Source: Nageia nagi
Lineage: Eukaryota > Plantae > Pinophyta
Direction: 5' to 3'
DNA: 64,000 nucleotides
Assembly (NCBI GenBank): GCA_050084985.1
Contig: JBITNC010000001.1
Span: 99,200,001 to 99,264,000, forward strand
Part shown: piece by piece, positions 51,681 through 64,000 of the stretch
Numbering within the stretch: the first letter of the stretch is position 1
Layout of the letters: the number at the start of each line of letters is the position of its first letter
Position numbers and translations under genes: made by a program
Notes under the pieces: generated by a model
Told to the model about the DNA's origin: nothing
What the model saw: the letters and a program-made list of their open reading frames with translations, nothing else
Databases searched by the model: none

Positions 51681-52666
51681 TGTTGAATTCTTATTGAATC
51701 CATTATCATTTATTCCTTATTAATAAAGGTGATCAACTTTTGTTTGGTTTGTATCTTTTATTTATACATTCCTCTATTGGTAACTATAAGTATGAGCTTG
51801 GATGACTTATAGTGTATAGCAAATCGAAGCACATTGTATCAGCAAAAAAATTCTTGATGCAATAATTGCAACTCTAGTCATCTAAATTTGTCTCTCCTAA
51901 TTTATTCACTAGACATATTAAGAACTTTGTCTGCTCACTTTGATAGTTTCTTATGGTAGTGAAGTTGTTCTTAAGGGGGAGTGAAGTCTGAATTCATATA
52001 TGAATTCATGTTTGTAATGATAACTTCATCTCTAGGAGGATTTTTTATTGTATATTGTTGATCTAAATGTACACCTCTATTGTTAGTTCGCTCTCTATGA
52101 GGAACTCATGGTACATTGTTTTGTTATCACTATGTGAGGAATCAGTATGTGTTTGTTGGCACTATTTGGTTATCCATATGTGAGTTTGTTATAAATGAAT
52201 ATGCTCTCATTTGATCAAAAAATGTTTCAAATATATAGTAGATGACTATAAATATTGGTTTACCATCTTTATGATGAATTTTTGTGCATCATTGATCAAT
52301 TTGTGGATGACATTACTTAGTTCATTTATCTTGTGATTGAAATAAATGTTTATATAATGCATCTAACTTGTATTGTTTATGAGATTCTTGTAGCTTGTAG
52401 GTTGCATCTTGAGAATGCAGGTTACTTTATATAGTATCAACTCAAAGTTGATTGACTATACTTATAGTAAATCTAGTTGTGGTTAATAATTGTATTGTAA
52501 ACTATTTTATCAAATGGTGTCATAATGAGTCTCAAACTAAGATCTTGCTTATTTCTTAATATGTAAAAGTTCTTATCTCCACTTGTATCTTTTTGGAGGA
52601 GAACTCTCTCTCTTACTCTCTCTCTTCTTTCTCTAAGCTCTATCTCAATATTACAATAAGGGGGAG

Positions 52667-53136
52667 TGTTAGAATTTATAATGTAATATTGTATTATATT
52701 ACTCTTTAAATGTAAATTCACTTAATGCTTAAAGTATCTTTAGATACCTTAAATCATTAAGGGAATAAAAATAGAAAGAGGAATAAATATAGAAATAAGA
52801 TTAACATAGAAACATCTTTAACCTTACCCTTGGGTTAAAGGGAGGTTAAAGGGTGGGTTTCTCCTTATAAATTGAGAGGTACCCCTCCTCTCATTGTATT
52901 GGAATTGTTGTAAAGTTAAGATTAAGATTTAAAGAGAGAGTATATATTCTATAAGAGAGTAATTCAAAATAAGAAGATCTTAGTTAGTGGACGTACTCTC
53001 AAAGAGGGAGGAACCACTTATATCTTGTGTTAGTTATGAGATTGCCTTATGTTATTGAGTTTTTGTATTGATGTTGTTTGAACCCCCATGAGATCTTAGT
53101 AGTTTAGATTTTATTTAGAAAGGATTAAATTCATCA
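52667..53136 (+). repeat. Copia 3' LTR (470 bp)
   Basis: TGTTAG...CATCA, preceded by the PPT and followed by the TSD. Confidence 0.96.
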
Positions 53137-53779
53137 ATCATAGCCTATAATTAATTAGGAAATACAAGTAGGAGAGTCAACTCCAAGAGGCCAAGATCCA
53201 TGAATGGGCATAGGATCTAGAGTAGCATACATACGAGTGTGGATAAATACTAGATACTAGGAAGTCAAATAACATTAAGCATAGTTAGAGAGAGCTAGAG
53301 ATTTCATAGACCGTAGTGAGTATGAGTCATCACCTAAATGACCAACATGGATTCCTAGAGAGATAGGATAGATGGATTCAAATTTATAAGGTAAAGTTCA
53401 TACAAAGAACCATTCCATTGTTAGATATCCTATTGAGTTCTTAGAGCAAGATTTATAGGACTATGGTACACACATGGCCTCTAGGAGTACAAATGTAATG
53501 AGCTCATCACATACGACCTCCCATCCACATGACAAGACTAGACCTACAGGAGGTAGAGTTTTAGAGATATCTTAGTCTATGGCAAGACTACATGAGAGAT
53601 CTCCATCTTCTTCTTGATAACTTTAAGAATTGAATATGGTAATGAGATACACATATTTTGGCTAATGGACTACATAGGCTAGATTAGACATATGATATGA
53701 GTGTATATCGTTAGATGATATTTTTGTATCAGAGCACTCTGGATGGCTTATGTATTTTTAATAATGGCTTATTCCATAC

Positions 53780-53780
<1 letters not shown>

Positions 53781-53824
<44 letters not shown>

Positions 53825-53838
53825 CACACACACACACA
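53781..53838. repeat. (AC)n microsatellite
   Basis: Direct reading. Confidence 0.97.
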
Positions 53839-54604
53839 ATAGTTTGCTTATGTGTTGATTTGAAATCATGGTGAATGTATTTATATCATTTTTATTATTA
53901 CGATGATTATGGTATGTGATGGTTCAATTCATGCATGTTTTATTATTACACATATGAGATGGTTATAATGTTTTTTTTTTTTTTTAGGTGTATGAGTTTT
54001 AATGTGCTAAATGAGATCTTGTTCCTCCAATTTTATGAAATAATGTAAGGAAATCCATTCAATAGTCCCAACCCATGGTGAGAAATGATGAGAACATGAA
54101 CTATTATCAACTGTGAAATAAATAAGTGGATACAATAATCAATGCAAATAGGTTTGGAATTGTCTTCCATATGAATGTGTAAGATGATTTCTATGCCCAA
54201 TTGGACTAAGAAGGATGTGTCATCTAATGGTTCCATGACCTTTACAAATTATTAAGAAATTACAATTAAAAATGAAGCAAGTACACTACATTGAAGATAA
54301 GCCAAATGATTGATGCTAAGAATGTGTGACTAGTGGTTTTCATATCCCCAAAAAAGGTAGAAAATATTAAAATCAAGAGACCATATAAGTGTTGATACTA
54401 AATTTCAAGATCCATCTTGATGAAACAAAAATTTGCTATATGAAAAGAGACCCTCATAGCTACTTAGTATAGCTTACATAGGAATCATTCCTAAATGGGC
54501 ACATAAACCAAAAGGAAAAGTCAAATAATGCTGAATCTCATTGTAAAATGATGGGAATGATAAGATAAAAATAAGAAATTAATGGATTTATGCAATAATT
54601 AAGA

Positions 54605-54608
<4 letters not shown>

Positions 54609-54668
<60 letters not shown>
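54609..54668. repeat. (AT)n microsatellite
   Basis: Direct reading. Confidence 0.95.
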
Positions 54669-54669
<1 letters not shown>

Positions 54670-54732
54670 AGAACACAAGATGCGAGATAAATAAAGACCA
54701 AGCTAACAAATAGGAAAACCATGCCTCCCCCT

Positions 54733-57700
54733 TTATGTGGAAGGGTTTAAGGTGTTTAATATTAATTGGTTTAGCCTCTTATACCCCTTCTAGGGTAGCC
54801 AAGTGATATGCCCCTGATCCAAATTTGTATTGAATCACATAGGGCCCTAACTAGTTTGGAGCAAAATTATCCCTTAGAATTCACTCTAAATGTGAATGTT
54901 ACTAGTTTTTATTTAAGACCACATCAACCTATGTAAAACTCTTGAGGCCTAATAATTTTATTGTAAGTTTTCTTAATATTATTTTGGTAAACTTTTAATT
55001 GCTTTAAGGCATTGACATGCCTCTCATCTAGCAACACCAATTGGTCTAATCTAGTTAGATGAGTCTCTAGTTTTAGAATAATATCTTGCAATGAAATATG
55101 CAAGGAGGGGATCTCAAGCTCCAAGGACATATGGACTTAGGCCTATACACTAATTAAAAATATTTGGCATATGTAGGAGTGGTAATGCTAATTTTGTAAG
55201 CCCACATGATGAGTGATATCTAAATGTGCCAATCCTTGTGTGATATGTTGATACTTTTCTTAAGGATTGGCATTATGGTCTTGTTTATTTCTTCTAAATT
55301 CCCATTACCTTGTGGATAAAAAGGTGTAGAAAATATTTGTTTAATCTTATATCTATAAAAAAAATTTGCATTTCCTTATTCTTGAATTTCAGACCATTAT
55401 TTGAAATTATCTACATAGGTATGCTAAATTGACTAATAATATTATTCTCTATAAATTCCATAATTGTGGAATCCTTAGTGAATACCATGGGGCTACTTCT
55501 ACCCACTTTGTGAAATATTCAATGGCTATAATGATTAAATTATTCCCTCAAGATGAATGTGAGTTGAATTGGCCAATCAAATCAAACTCCCATCTAGAGA
55601 ATGGACACATAGCCTGAATGGTTGCAATGCTTGAGAAATGTGTGTGTTAGATTCCCATGTTGTTAACACTTTATACACTTCTTGACATAGTTGTGACAAT
55701 CTCTCTCAATAGTGGGCTAGTAATATCCCATTCATCATTACTCTCTTGGAAATCATATATATACTAAAGTGCTCACCACAAGTACCATCATGACATGTAT
55801 GCATAACAATTATTTTCCCTGGCCACTCTAAAAAATGAAAGAGCACTCCATAATAATGCCTCTTATATAAAACATCACTTAGAATGGTGTACTTAATGCA
55901 TTTTTGTTTGAATTATCATTTTTTAATGGTATACATGGTGGAGATTAAGGTCCCCCAGTTAAGAAAATCCTTAAAGTGGTGATACCATAAATCCTTAGAT
56001 ACAACATTGAGCTCATTAACTTATGGTGGGGGATCCTTATGTTACAAGGGTAAATCTAGGGAGGACTTATTCATATTGATCAATTCCATATGCATGACCC
56101 TTCAAAATAAATTTTGGGAAATCAAGGATCCCAAAGATGCCATTGTATCTACAAATCTATTTAAGGATCTAGGGGTAGCCTCAAGATCACATGCTTTGGA
56201 ATGTTCTAATAAAGTTTCAACCATGGTATTATACAACTTAATACATGGTTGGTTACAAGCATAGATACCCTTAATTTGATTAACAATTATTAAAGAGTCA
56301 CCATATATCTTGAGGTGTTCATACTTCATCTTTATTGCTAATTTCAAGCTAAGGATGAGTGCTTCATACTTATAATTATTTTTCATGCACTCAAATAATA
56401 GTTTAAAGGACACATGCATTGGAACACCCTAAGGTATTATCATATCAAAATACATTATCATAGAGAGATCCATCGAAATACATTATCATATCAAAATCCT
56501 CTTGTTTTATTGCCTCCTCAATCTCAAACACATGAAATAAATTACTATTTGATAACTCAATGTGTAGAGGAACATCATTTTACTGAGGTGCCTCTCCCAA
56601 TAGATCAGTTATAACTTGACCCTTTATAGATTTTTGATTGATAAACTTAAGGTCAAACTTAATAAGAAACATGATCCATTTTACCACTCAAGTATTTAGC
56701 ATAATTATATTTATCATATACTTTAAAGGATATATCTTGAAAATGACATAGGTATTTTGATTAAGCATATAGTGTCACATATTTTGAGATACAAAGACTA
56801 CTGTAAGGTATAATTTCTCAATATGTGCATATCTAGTTTCATACACCGCTAGAGTATGACTTAGGTAATATATGGCTTGCTCTCTCTTTATTTCATTTTG
56901 TTGGTCCAACATCAAGCCCAAAGAAAAGTTCATGGAAAGAATGTATAAATGAAAATATACTCCCATCCTAGGAGGAATAAGAATTGGAGGATGCATAAGA
57001 TATTTCTTGATCATATCAAAGGCTTCCTAACACTTTGCATCTTAAGAAAAGTTGACATTCTTCTTTAGTAGCTTATTGAAAGGTCAACATTTATAAGATA
57101 GTTATGATATGAATATCTTATAGCCTAAATCTTGCCCTATAAACTCTACAAGTATTTCAATTTCTTCAAATGGGGTATTTTGTTAATAGCTTTGACTTTG
57201 TTAGGATCAACCTCAATGCCTCTCTTAGATACAATGAACCTCAATAGTTTCCCTAATATAAACCCCAAAAAATACTTCTTAGGATTGAGTCTAACATTGT
57301 ATTCTAGCAATCTATCCAAAACCTTACATACTACCTCAAGATGAGTATCACATGTTTTTATTTTCATAATTAGGTCAACTATGTAGTCCTCAACTACATC
57401 ATGTATATAGTCATGAAGAATGTAATTTATCTCCCTCTAATAAGTTATTCTTGAATTATTAATACTAAATAGCATAACCCTATAACAATATGTCCCCGTG
57501 GAGTGGTGAAAATCATTTTGTGTTTGTCCTCTTCAATGATCATGATTAGATTGTAACTAGAAAATTATTCCATCAATGAAAACATATCATGACTCATCAT
57601 GTTTTCTACTAAGGTATCAGTGTTGGGCAATAGAAAATCATCATGAAGAAAAGCTTTATTCACATCTCTAAAATATGTACAAACTTTGATTTGACCATCT

Positions 57701-60700
57701 AGTTTGTGAACTATTACTAGATTAGTGATATACTCTAGATAAGTAATTACCTATATAAATTTGGCATCCAACATCTTCTATAGCTCTTCTTTGACCAATA
57801 ATACCTTGCTAAGATGCATGCACCATGGGTTTTGTTTAATTAGTTTAGCATCAAGTTTTAAAGTTAAGTGATGCACCATAATGTTGGTATCTAACCCTAA
57901 CATATCATGATATACATAAGCAAATACTCTCAATCTCTTCATGATCTCTATAATCCATTCATATAGCTCATATTTATCAAGCCCTTTAACAAAGATAATC
58001 ATTCTCTAGATACTAGGATCATCTCCCAAGTTAATCTCTATTGACTCCTCAACTAGCATATGTAAGTCATCCTCCCATTGGTGGTTATGATATAGCCAAT
58101 AAGTGTCCTCATTCAACTCATATTCATAGGGTTCGACATGGATATAAGGCCAAATAAGACTATCATGGGTGACAAGATTATTTGTAGGAATCATTCTAAA
58201 ATTAGTAGTATCTTGATACACCACATGAATAGTATCAAAACTAATGGGATGAAAAAAAACAAAAATTGAGGAGACTTCAATCATGTTGATTTGTTTGAAT
58301 AGAAAGGGATAAAGATAATACTAAGATGTTGGAGAAGAGGGTGCTTCACATAGCAAGTCCTAATGAAGAGAGGCAAGTTCCTCATAGTCCCCCTCATCCT
58401 TTATCTCATGAATTTGGGTTGAGGATATTATTATTTAGGACCTTTGAAATCAAGGCCATGTTTATCTTTATTCCTTGAGTAGGTAGTTGCATGACATGAA
58501 TCATGCCTTGCTCATATCAACCCAAGAGAAAGCCCTACCATTTACACTTGGAAAAGTAGTGATGAATGAAGACCTAGATAAATAATTGAGTTTACCTAAA
58601 AAGATTATTTGTATGTGACCTTAAGAACTTGGTAAGAGGGAAAATCAATACCTATATTAACAAATCAAGTTTGGTTATCTAATAGATCAACTGGTACCAA
58701 AGTACCAATGGTTATAGGAGACTCAGATAGATGACCTACATCATGAAGAGATAAAACATTAAATAAAATATCACCAATGGTATACTCATAGAGAATAACA
58801 TTTTTGAATTGCAAATTCACTCAAGATATATGATCATTATTATTTATGGATTACTCTTTCTTTTATTTTTTAATTACTACTTGAAGCTTTTGTTTTATCA
58901 TATTACTCTCCTCTATTTGAGTAATTATACTTGGTTCACATGTAGAGGAGTTGGTATGTTTAATATTTTTATCTAGGTATGCCACTCATGCCTTATAAGA
59001 TATTTATTTTTGAATTGCATGGGAAGGTATCATAAGGGTTATCTTGTTTAAGATCCCCATAGATGTTTCTTGGATTATCATACTTTTGCGCATCTATGGA
59101 GGTTTGTTCAATTTTAGTTGGGAATATCTTATTAATTAACTTGGATTTTACTTCTTGAGATTTTTCATTAATATTATCACTAAGATATCATGCATTTTGG
59201 TTGATATGGATAATGTTAGGAAATATGGAGGTGGATGGAAGGATAAGGCCGTTAGGTAGCTCAACAAGGTTACAATGGTTGAAAGGTTCCTCATCCATCC
59301 ATATACAATGTAAGACCCCATCCTTAAGATGTTTTACATAGTCATGCAAAGTGTAAGGGAAAAACTCTATCTCTCTAATATAAAGCCTTTCTAGTAGGAA
59401 ATTGTACTATTATTCTCCATCTATCACTTGAAAGCATTCATGAATGGTATTGGATCCCACCAAGATAGGAAAAATTATGCTACCTAATGTGTTTCATAAT
59501 TAATTATTAAAAGCTTCTAGAATAAGTGTGGGGGCTTTAAGATGCAACAATGGTAGGTTAATATTTCCCAATACTAATAAAGAAACCACATTTATGGCTA
59601 ATTTAGTATCTACAAGTATCCCCTTGAAAGAATTTCCATCAACGTGGGATATAATGTACAAGGGAGGATCCTTATACTTTTGATTTTCAATATTATAGAT
59701 CTCATGATGAAAGAATGGAATGAATGAATCTACATTTCTTAAACACTCCTAATAAAATTAATAAAAGCATTGGTATTTGAGGAACAAACATCTATAGTTT
59801 AGGTTATCTGATCCAAATCCTCTCTATGTTGATGAGAATTTTTGATAAGGTCCCATAGAGAGAATTTGATGGGGTAATTCTTAACTACTGCTCTAAGTCA
59901 CTTTGTAACTTCTCCTTAACACCTTGTTGTGTTAGAGGAGGGGTACAAGGAATATGATTTGGTATATTAATTTCCACCCCCATATCCTCATGAGTTTATC
60001 ATTGATCCTTTCCTTTATCTCGGTACTAGTTAGTCCTAGTGGCAACATTAACCACACCTACAAAGTGCATATGAGCCTATGCTTATTTTTCTTCCCTAAC
60101 CTATTTTTTTTGCATTTGATAGTTATAAGGTACATTTTGAGAAGGTTAATTATAATGCTTAGTGGCACCAACTTGGTTCACACCCCATTAAGGAAATAGA
60201 TTCTAATATACTTGTAAATTGGTGTTAGGATCCAAAGAGGTACCATTAAGCACTAACTTCCATGAATATATGAAGCTATATATGAACTTGAATATATATA
60301 TTAAATGATTGATACTATAGCCTTATACCCTATGGAAATCATAAAATGGATCATATTTATACCATGATTTGATGCCCCAACAACTATCTCACCAAACTTC
60401 TAGTAATCTCAATAGTTTAGCATCATTGATTTTTGTGACGATCTTGGAAAAAGGTTCACCTAATGGCCCAAAATTTCTTTGTGGTCTAAAATACTTTACA
60501 TGTGCTTAATTTTGATTCCTATCCTATGCATAATTTTGGTTATAAGGTTGACTTGGTACATTCATTTGATTAGCCTGCTAAACATTTTACATTGGAGGTG
60601 ATGGTGGTTCTTGGAGCATCAATTGATTGACTTAAGGATTGCATCCAATCATAGTACCACTCTTATTAGACCCATAACCATGGTTATTATTTCATTTATT

Positions 60701-62779
60701 TATCACCTTAATCTACCATTCTTAACCATTACCTCCTCTATAATATTTTCTTAGAAAATTGCTTTCTTATAGGTCTTATGTTGTTATATTTGGAGATATC
60801 TAGAGATTTTCTTGATACAACTTTTGCTAAATAATCTCACCAACTCCTCTTGAGGAAAAGATAAGTTCATATCTATAATTAAATATCACAACCTATAAAC
60901 ATATTTAGAAATGGATTCTTGATCAAATTGAGCTATCTTCATAAAATATAAGATTGAAGCCCTCTTCTTGATATTGATATAGAAATGTTCAAGAAAGAGG
61001 TTTGCAAGTTTCTTGAATGAATACAAGCTATATTGTTGTAATGCATTATACCAATTCATATATTTTCCCACAATATTCATAGTAAAATTCTCAATAAGAG
61101 AGTATTTATCATTTGTAATCAAATAAGGAGCATGTTTGAATTGCCTCAAATGCTCTTTTGGATCCTCTTTATGCTTGAACTTGTCTATTTAGGTATCTCA
61201 AACTTTTTTCAATAAGAGTTCATGGGAATACAAGGATTTATAGGATCATTACATATATCACCATAGCTCATATTATATAATCTTGGATTTTTGTCTTAGC
61301 ATTCAACTCTTGCAACCTTCTCATAATTTAGCTTTCATTGTGAACATTGGGTCCTCCATAAGATGAATTTGGTACACCATGGGGTGGATTTGATCCATAT
61401 AATATTGATTTGGTTTACTAAACACACTCACTTTCATCTCAAAAGAATGTGCCTTGTTGACCCCATGATGATCATTTTGTGTTGTGACCAATATTTTGAT
61501 TATAAACTTGTTGTTGACCTTAGGGCTGAAATTGAGTGTTGGAACCATAACTTTGTTGCATATGTTGACCATTATTCTTTTTCATACCATGACCTTGCCC
61601 TTGTTGTGTACCATGTGAAATATTCTAACTTTTACTTGCATGTAAATCAGCTATCTATTTTTGGTACATAAGGTTTTACATGTGCCCAATCAATTATTAC
61701 ATCTCTTCCATAGATGGAGTTGAGAAACCTTGTTGGGTATTTTGAGTGGAGTTATGAGTGGATTTTTGAGCTCCATGAAGGTTTTACATGTTATGGTTGG
61801 AAGTATTTAGAATGGAATATTTTGTTCAAAATGGGCTATACCTTTGTTTGGCCCACTTTGGGTATTTTAGAATGGATTTTGAAAGTGAGTCATCTCTTGG
61901 TTTGGCCCACTTTAGGTATTTTGGAATGGAGGAGTTTTAAAGTAAGTCATACCTTGGTTTAACCCACTCTGGGTATTTAGTTGTTTTTGCACAAAAGGTT
62001 GGTTAATACCATCCCAATAATTAAGATTGAATTAGTTTGATTGATCAACATTAAGGGTTTGGCCTTGTGAATTAATGCTCTAAGATACTTACTTTTGTGG
62101 AATTTGAAAATTATTGGCCTTAGTGTTTTGGACATTTGGTGAATATCAAAAGGTAATGTGTTGATAAGAATTAGCTTGATTAGAGTTCATTACCCTTTGA
62201 AATGGAGGAGATGTGTTATGTTGAATAACATTTTGAAAGTTGGGTATTATGTTTTTAAAGTATTAATGTTGTTCAAATTTAGGTGGAGGTTGAGGTTAAG
62301 GTTGAGGAATGATGGGTTTTTCTTGTGATATCATCTAGTTCAATATTTATTATGCTTATTGGATATTCTTTTAAAAATTAAGAAAATTATTATTGGGTTG
62401 CAAATTATCCACAACCAGAGGTTCTTTGTATGGTTGAGATATTTTAGATGTAGTAACTTGATTGGTGGATAGTTTGCATTCTTGAGGTGGAAACCAACCT
62501 TGACCAACATTTTGTGTAATTAGTGTTTGAGGTGGCTTAAGATTACTTTGTGAGATGGCTAGTTAAGGGATATTCTTTTGAATATTATCCATCATCTCTT
62601 AGTACCAATTTCTTTTATTAGGATATTTTTATTAGTTTTTTGAGGGGGGGGAAGATGTATAAATAGCATCTTGAGGTACACTCCCACTCATGATGGTACT
62701 ATTGTAATTATCAGACCAAACCGAAATATCTCTTGGTATTCCATATGGTTGTAGAGAAGCTTGTGATGTGGGACCACCT
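54733..62779 (-). pseudogene. Tat/Ogre-like Ty3/gypsy gag-pol (Gag, PR, G-patch, RT, RH, additional RH, INT), degenerate
   Basis: On the minus strand: Q/N/P-rich N-terminus; Gag DPKEHLRQF..WYNAL..SFKKLANLFLEHF (60886-61190); PR ILVDT (~59610); RT EDYIVDL, RLNPKK..GKLL.FIVSKRGIEVDP; additional RNase H NNYKYEALI..GDSLIIVNQ; INT C-terminus NFAPN*LGPYVI...GSGAYHLATLEG...PINIKHLKPF. Confidence 0.92.
61800..61980 (-). repeat. In-frame 54-57 bp tandem repeat (about 3 copies) in the gag N-terminal region
   Basis: Repeated ttggtttggcccacttt.ggtatttt.gaatgga; the minus frame reads NTQSGPNQ..THFQNPFQ units. Confidence 0.85.
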
Positions 62780-63799
62780 TGTTGGAAATTGTAATGTAAT
62801 ATTATCAAATATTTCTTTTTAATATAAATTCATGTAATGCTTAAAGGATATTTGGATACCTTAAAGCATTAAGAGAATAAATATATAAACACCTTTAACC
62901 TTACCCTTGGGTAAAAGGAAGGTTAAAGGTTGGGCTTCTTCTTATAAATAGAGAGGTACCCCTCTCATTATGGACTTGATGAAGTATGGTAATGCTTATT
63001 TTGTAGAGTTGTAGGAATGCTCTTATAGGAGCTTTGTAGTAGAATTCTTAAGAATTTTGTAAGACTTATCTTATGAGAAGTAATAGAATGATGGTTCAAA
63101 TTGGATGTACTCCCAAGAGTTCGAGGAACCACTATACATGGTGTGTTGTCTTTTGTTTAATTGTTCCTTACTTTGCTTGACGAATGTTAGATTTTTTGAA
63201 GAAGCTTCAAGGAGATCTTGATTTATGAAATCTATCAATTCCATCAAGTGGTATCAGAGCAACTCTTGGAGGTTCCTCTTCAATAATCCTAGAAGGCCCA
63301 TTCCTCCATCTACATGCTTGTTAAGGTAAACTATTTATGAAGGTATAACATCCTTCTTTTTTTATTTCAATCTTTTGAATCATTTTATGTGATACTAACA
63401 TTTTTTTGTTAGTTGTGATCTTGAAAATATGTTTAAAATGATAATATATTATTATCATTTCATACTTTTTTGTTATACTAATGTCTTATTTCTTTCTTAT
63501 GTTATTACTATGCATTATATTTTTACTAACAATAGTTTGTTAGTTGCAATTTTTTAAGTAAAATTATTTAATGTGTAACAATAATATGTTAATTACAAAT
63601 TTTGAGTAAATTTGCTTAAATCTAGTAATAATGAGTTATTATAGCTTAAATTTGGAAGTTTATACTTAGTGTAGGAATGGTTAAAAGTTTTGTAACAAAA
63701 TTTTAACTATAATGCTATTATTGCAATTTTTATTTTACAATACTAGTGTGTTTGTAAAAAATTAAATTACATGCATGCAAAGTTTGATTTGTTTTTTAA

Positions 63800-63875
<76 letters not shown>

Positions 63876-63911
63876 ATAATATATACATACATATACATAC
63901 ATACATACATA

Positions 63912-63943
<32 letters not shown>

Positions 63944-64000
63944 TATATATATAATAATGTTAAATATTTTATCCTATATTTTAAAAATACAAATTTTTAA
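62780..64000 (+). mobile_element. 5' end of a second copia element related to 45384-53136 (LTR 62780-63246, intact PBS 63249-63260), nested in the Tat-like gag; runs off the window
   Basis: TGTTGG...CATCA followed by ag-tggtatcagagc. It shares blocks with the 45384 LTR (gataccttaaagcattaa, taaccttacccttggg, gagaggtacccct, aggaaccac) and has a similar leader. Confidence 0.9.
63798..63952. repeat. (AT)n/(ATAC)n microsatellite in the copia leader
   Basis: Direct reading. Confidence 0.95.

Larger units (their letters stand above)
45384..53136 (+). mobile_element. Full-length, decayed Ty1/copia LTR retrotransposon with 5-bp TSD ATCAT
   Basis: LTRs at 45384-45850 and 52667-53136 (about 40 substitutions plus one 3-bp indel by manual alignment). 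TSD atcat at 45379-45383 and 53137-53141. PBS tggtattagagt at 45853; PPT aataagggggag before 52667. Confidence 0.97.

Noticed and set aside
54721-54733. Minus-strand aaagggggaggca as PPT and 3' LTR start of the Tat-like element
   Set aside because: There is no second LTR in the window to confirm it. Tat elements usually have long 3' non-coding regions, so the boundary cannot be fixed.
1-64000. Remaining short F/I/L/K-rich ORFs as host genes; tRNA or rRNA genes
   Set aside because: Their composition is what chance ORFs in AT-rich DNA look like, or they are antisense to TE frames. The only tRNA-related sequences are PBS motifs.

Overview
This is a very AT-rich (roughly 25-30% GC by eye), CpG-depleted eukaryotic window. 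It is almost certainly plant heterochromatic or intergenic DNA, and the TE repertoire looks gymnosperm-like. No intact host gene, rRNA, tRNA or CRISPR array is visible. Nearly everything is degenerate or nested transposable element whose frames are broken mainly by C>T/G>A changes. From left to right: (1) a ~8.5 kb putative DNA transposon (~439-8948) with a hAT-type (ZNF862-like) transposase pseudogene on + and a convergent, intron-containing accessory gene on -, each preceded by an array of a shared quasi-palindromic 16-bp motif; (2) LINE and TE accessory-ORF relics and a fold-back hairpin (13.9-18.3 kb); (3) a Tekay/Del-like chromovirus (19163-~31978) with a ~5 kb 5' LTR and a truncated 3' LTR that contains a CpG-retaining island; (4) fragments of a CRM-like integrase, a Tat-like pol and an L1-type LINE ORF2 (32-39.5 kb); (5) a complete but dead Ty1/copia element (45384-53136, TSD ATCAT) splitting an older coiled-coil exon; (6) a minus-strand Tat/Ogre-like element with G-patch and extra RNase H (54-62.8 kb), interrupted at 62780 by a related copia LTR. 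The two most interesting observations are the two-gene hAT-like element with mirrored motif arrays and the asymmetric CpG preservation in the 3' LTR. All alignments and counts were done by eye.
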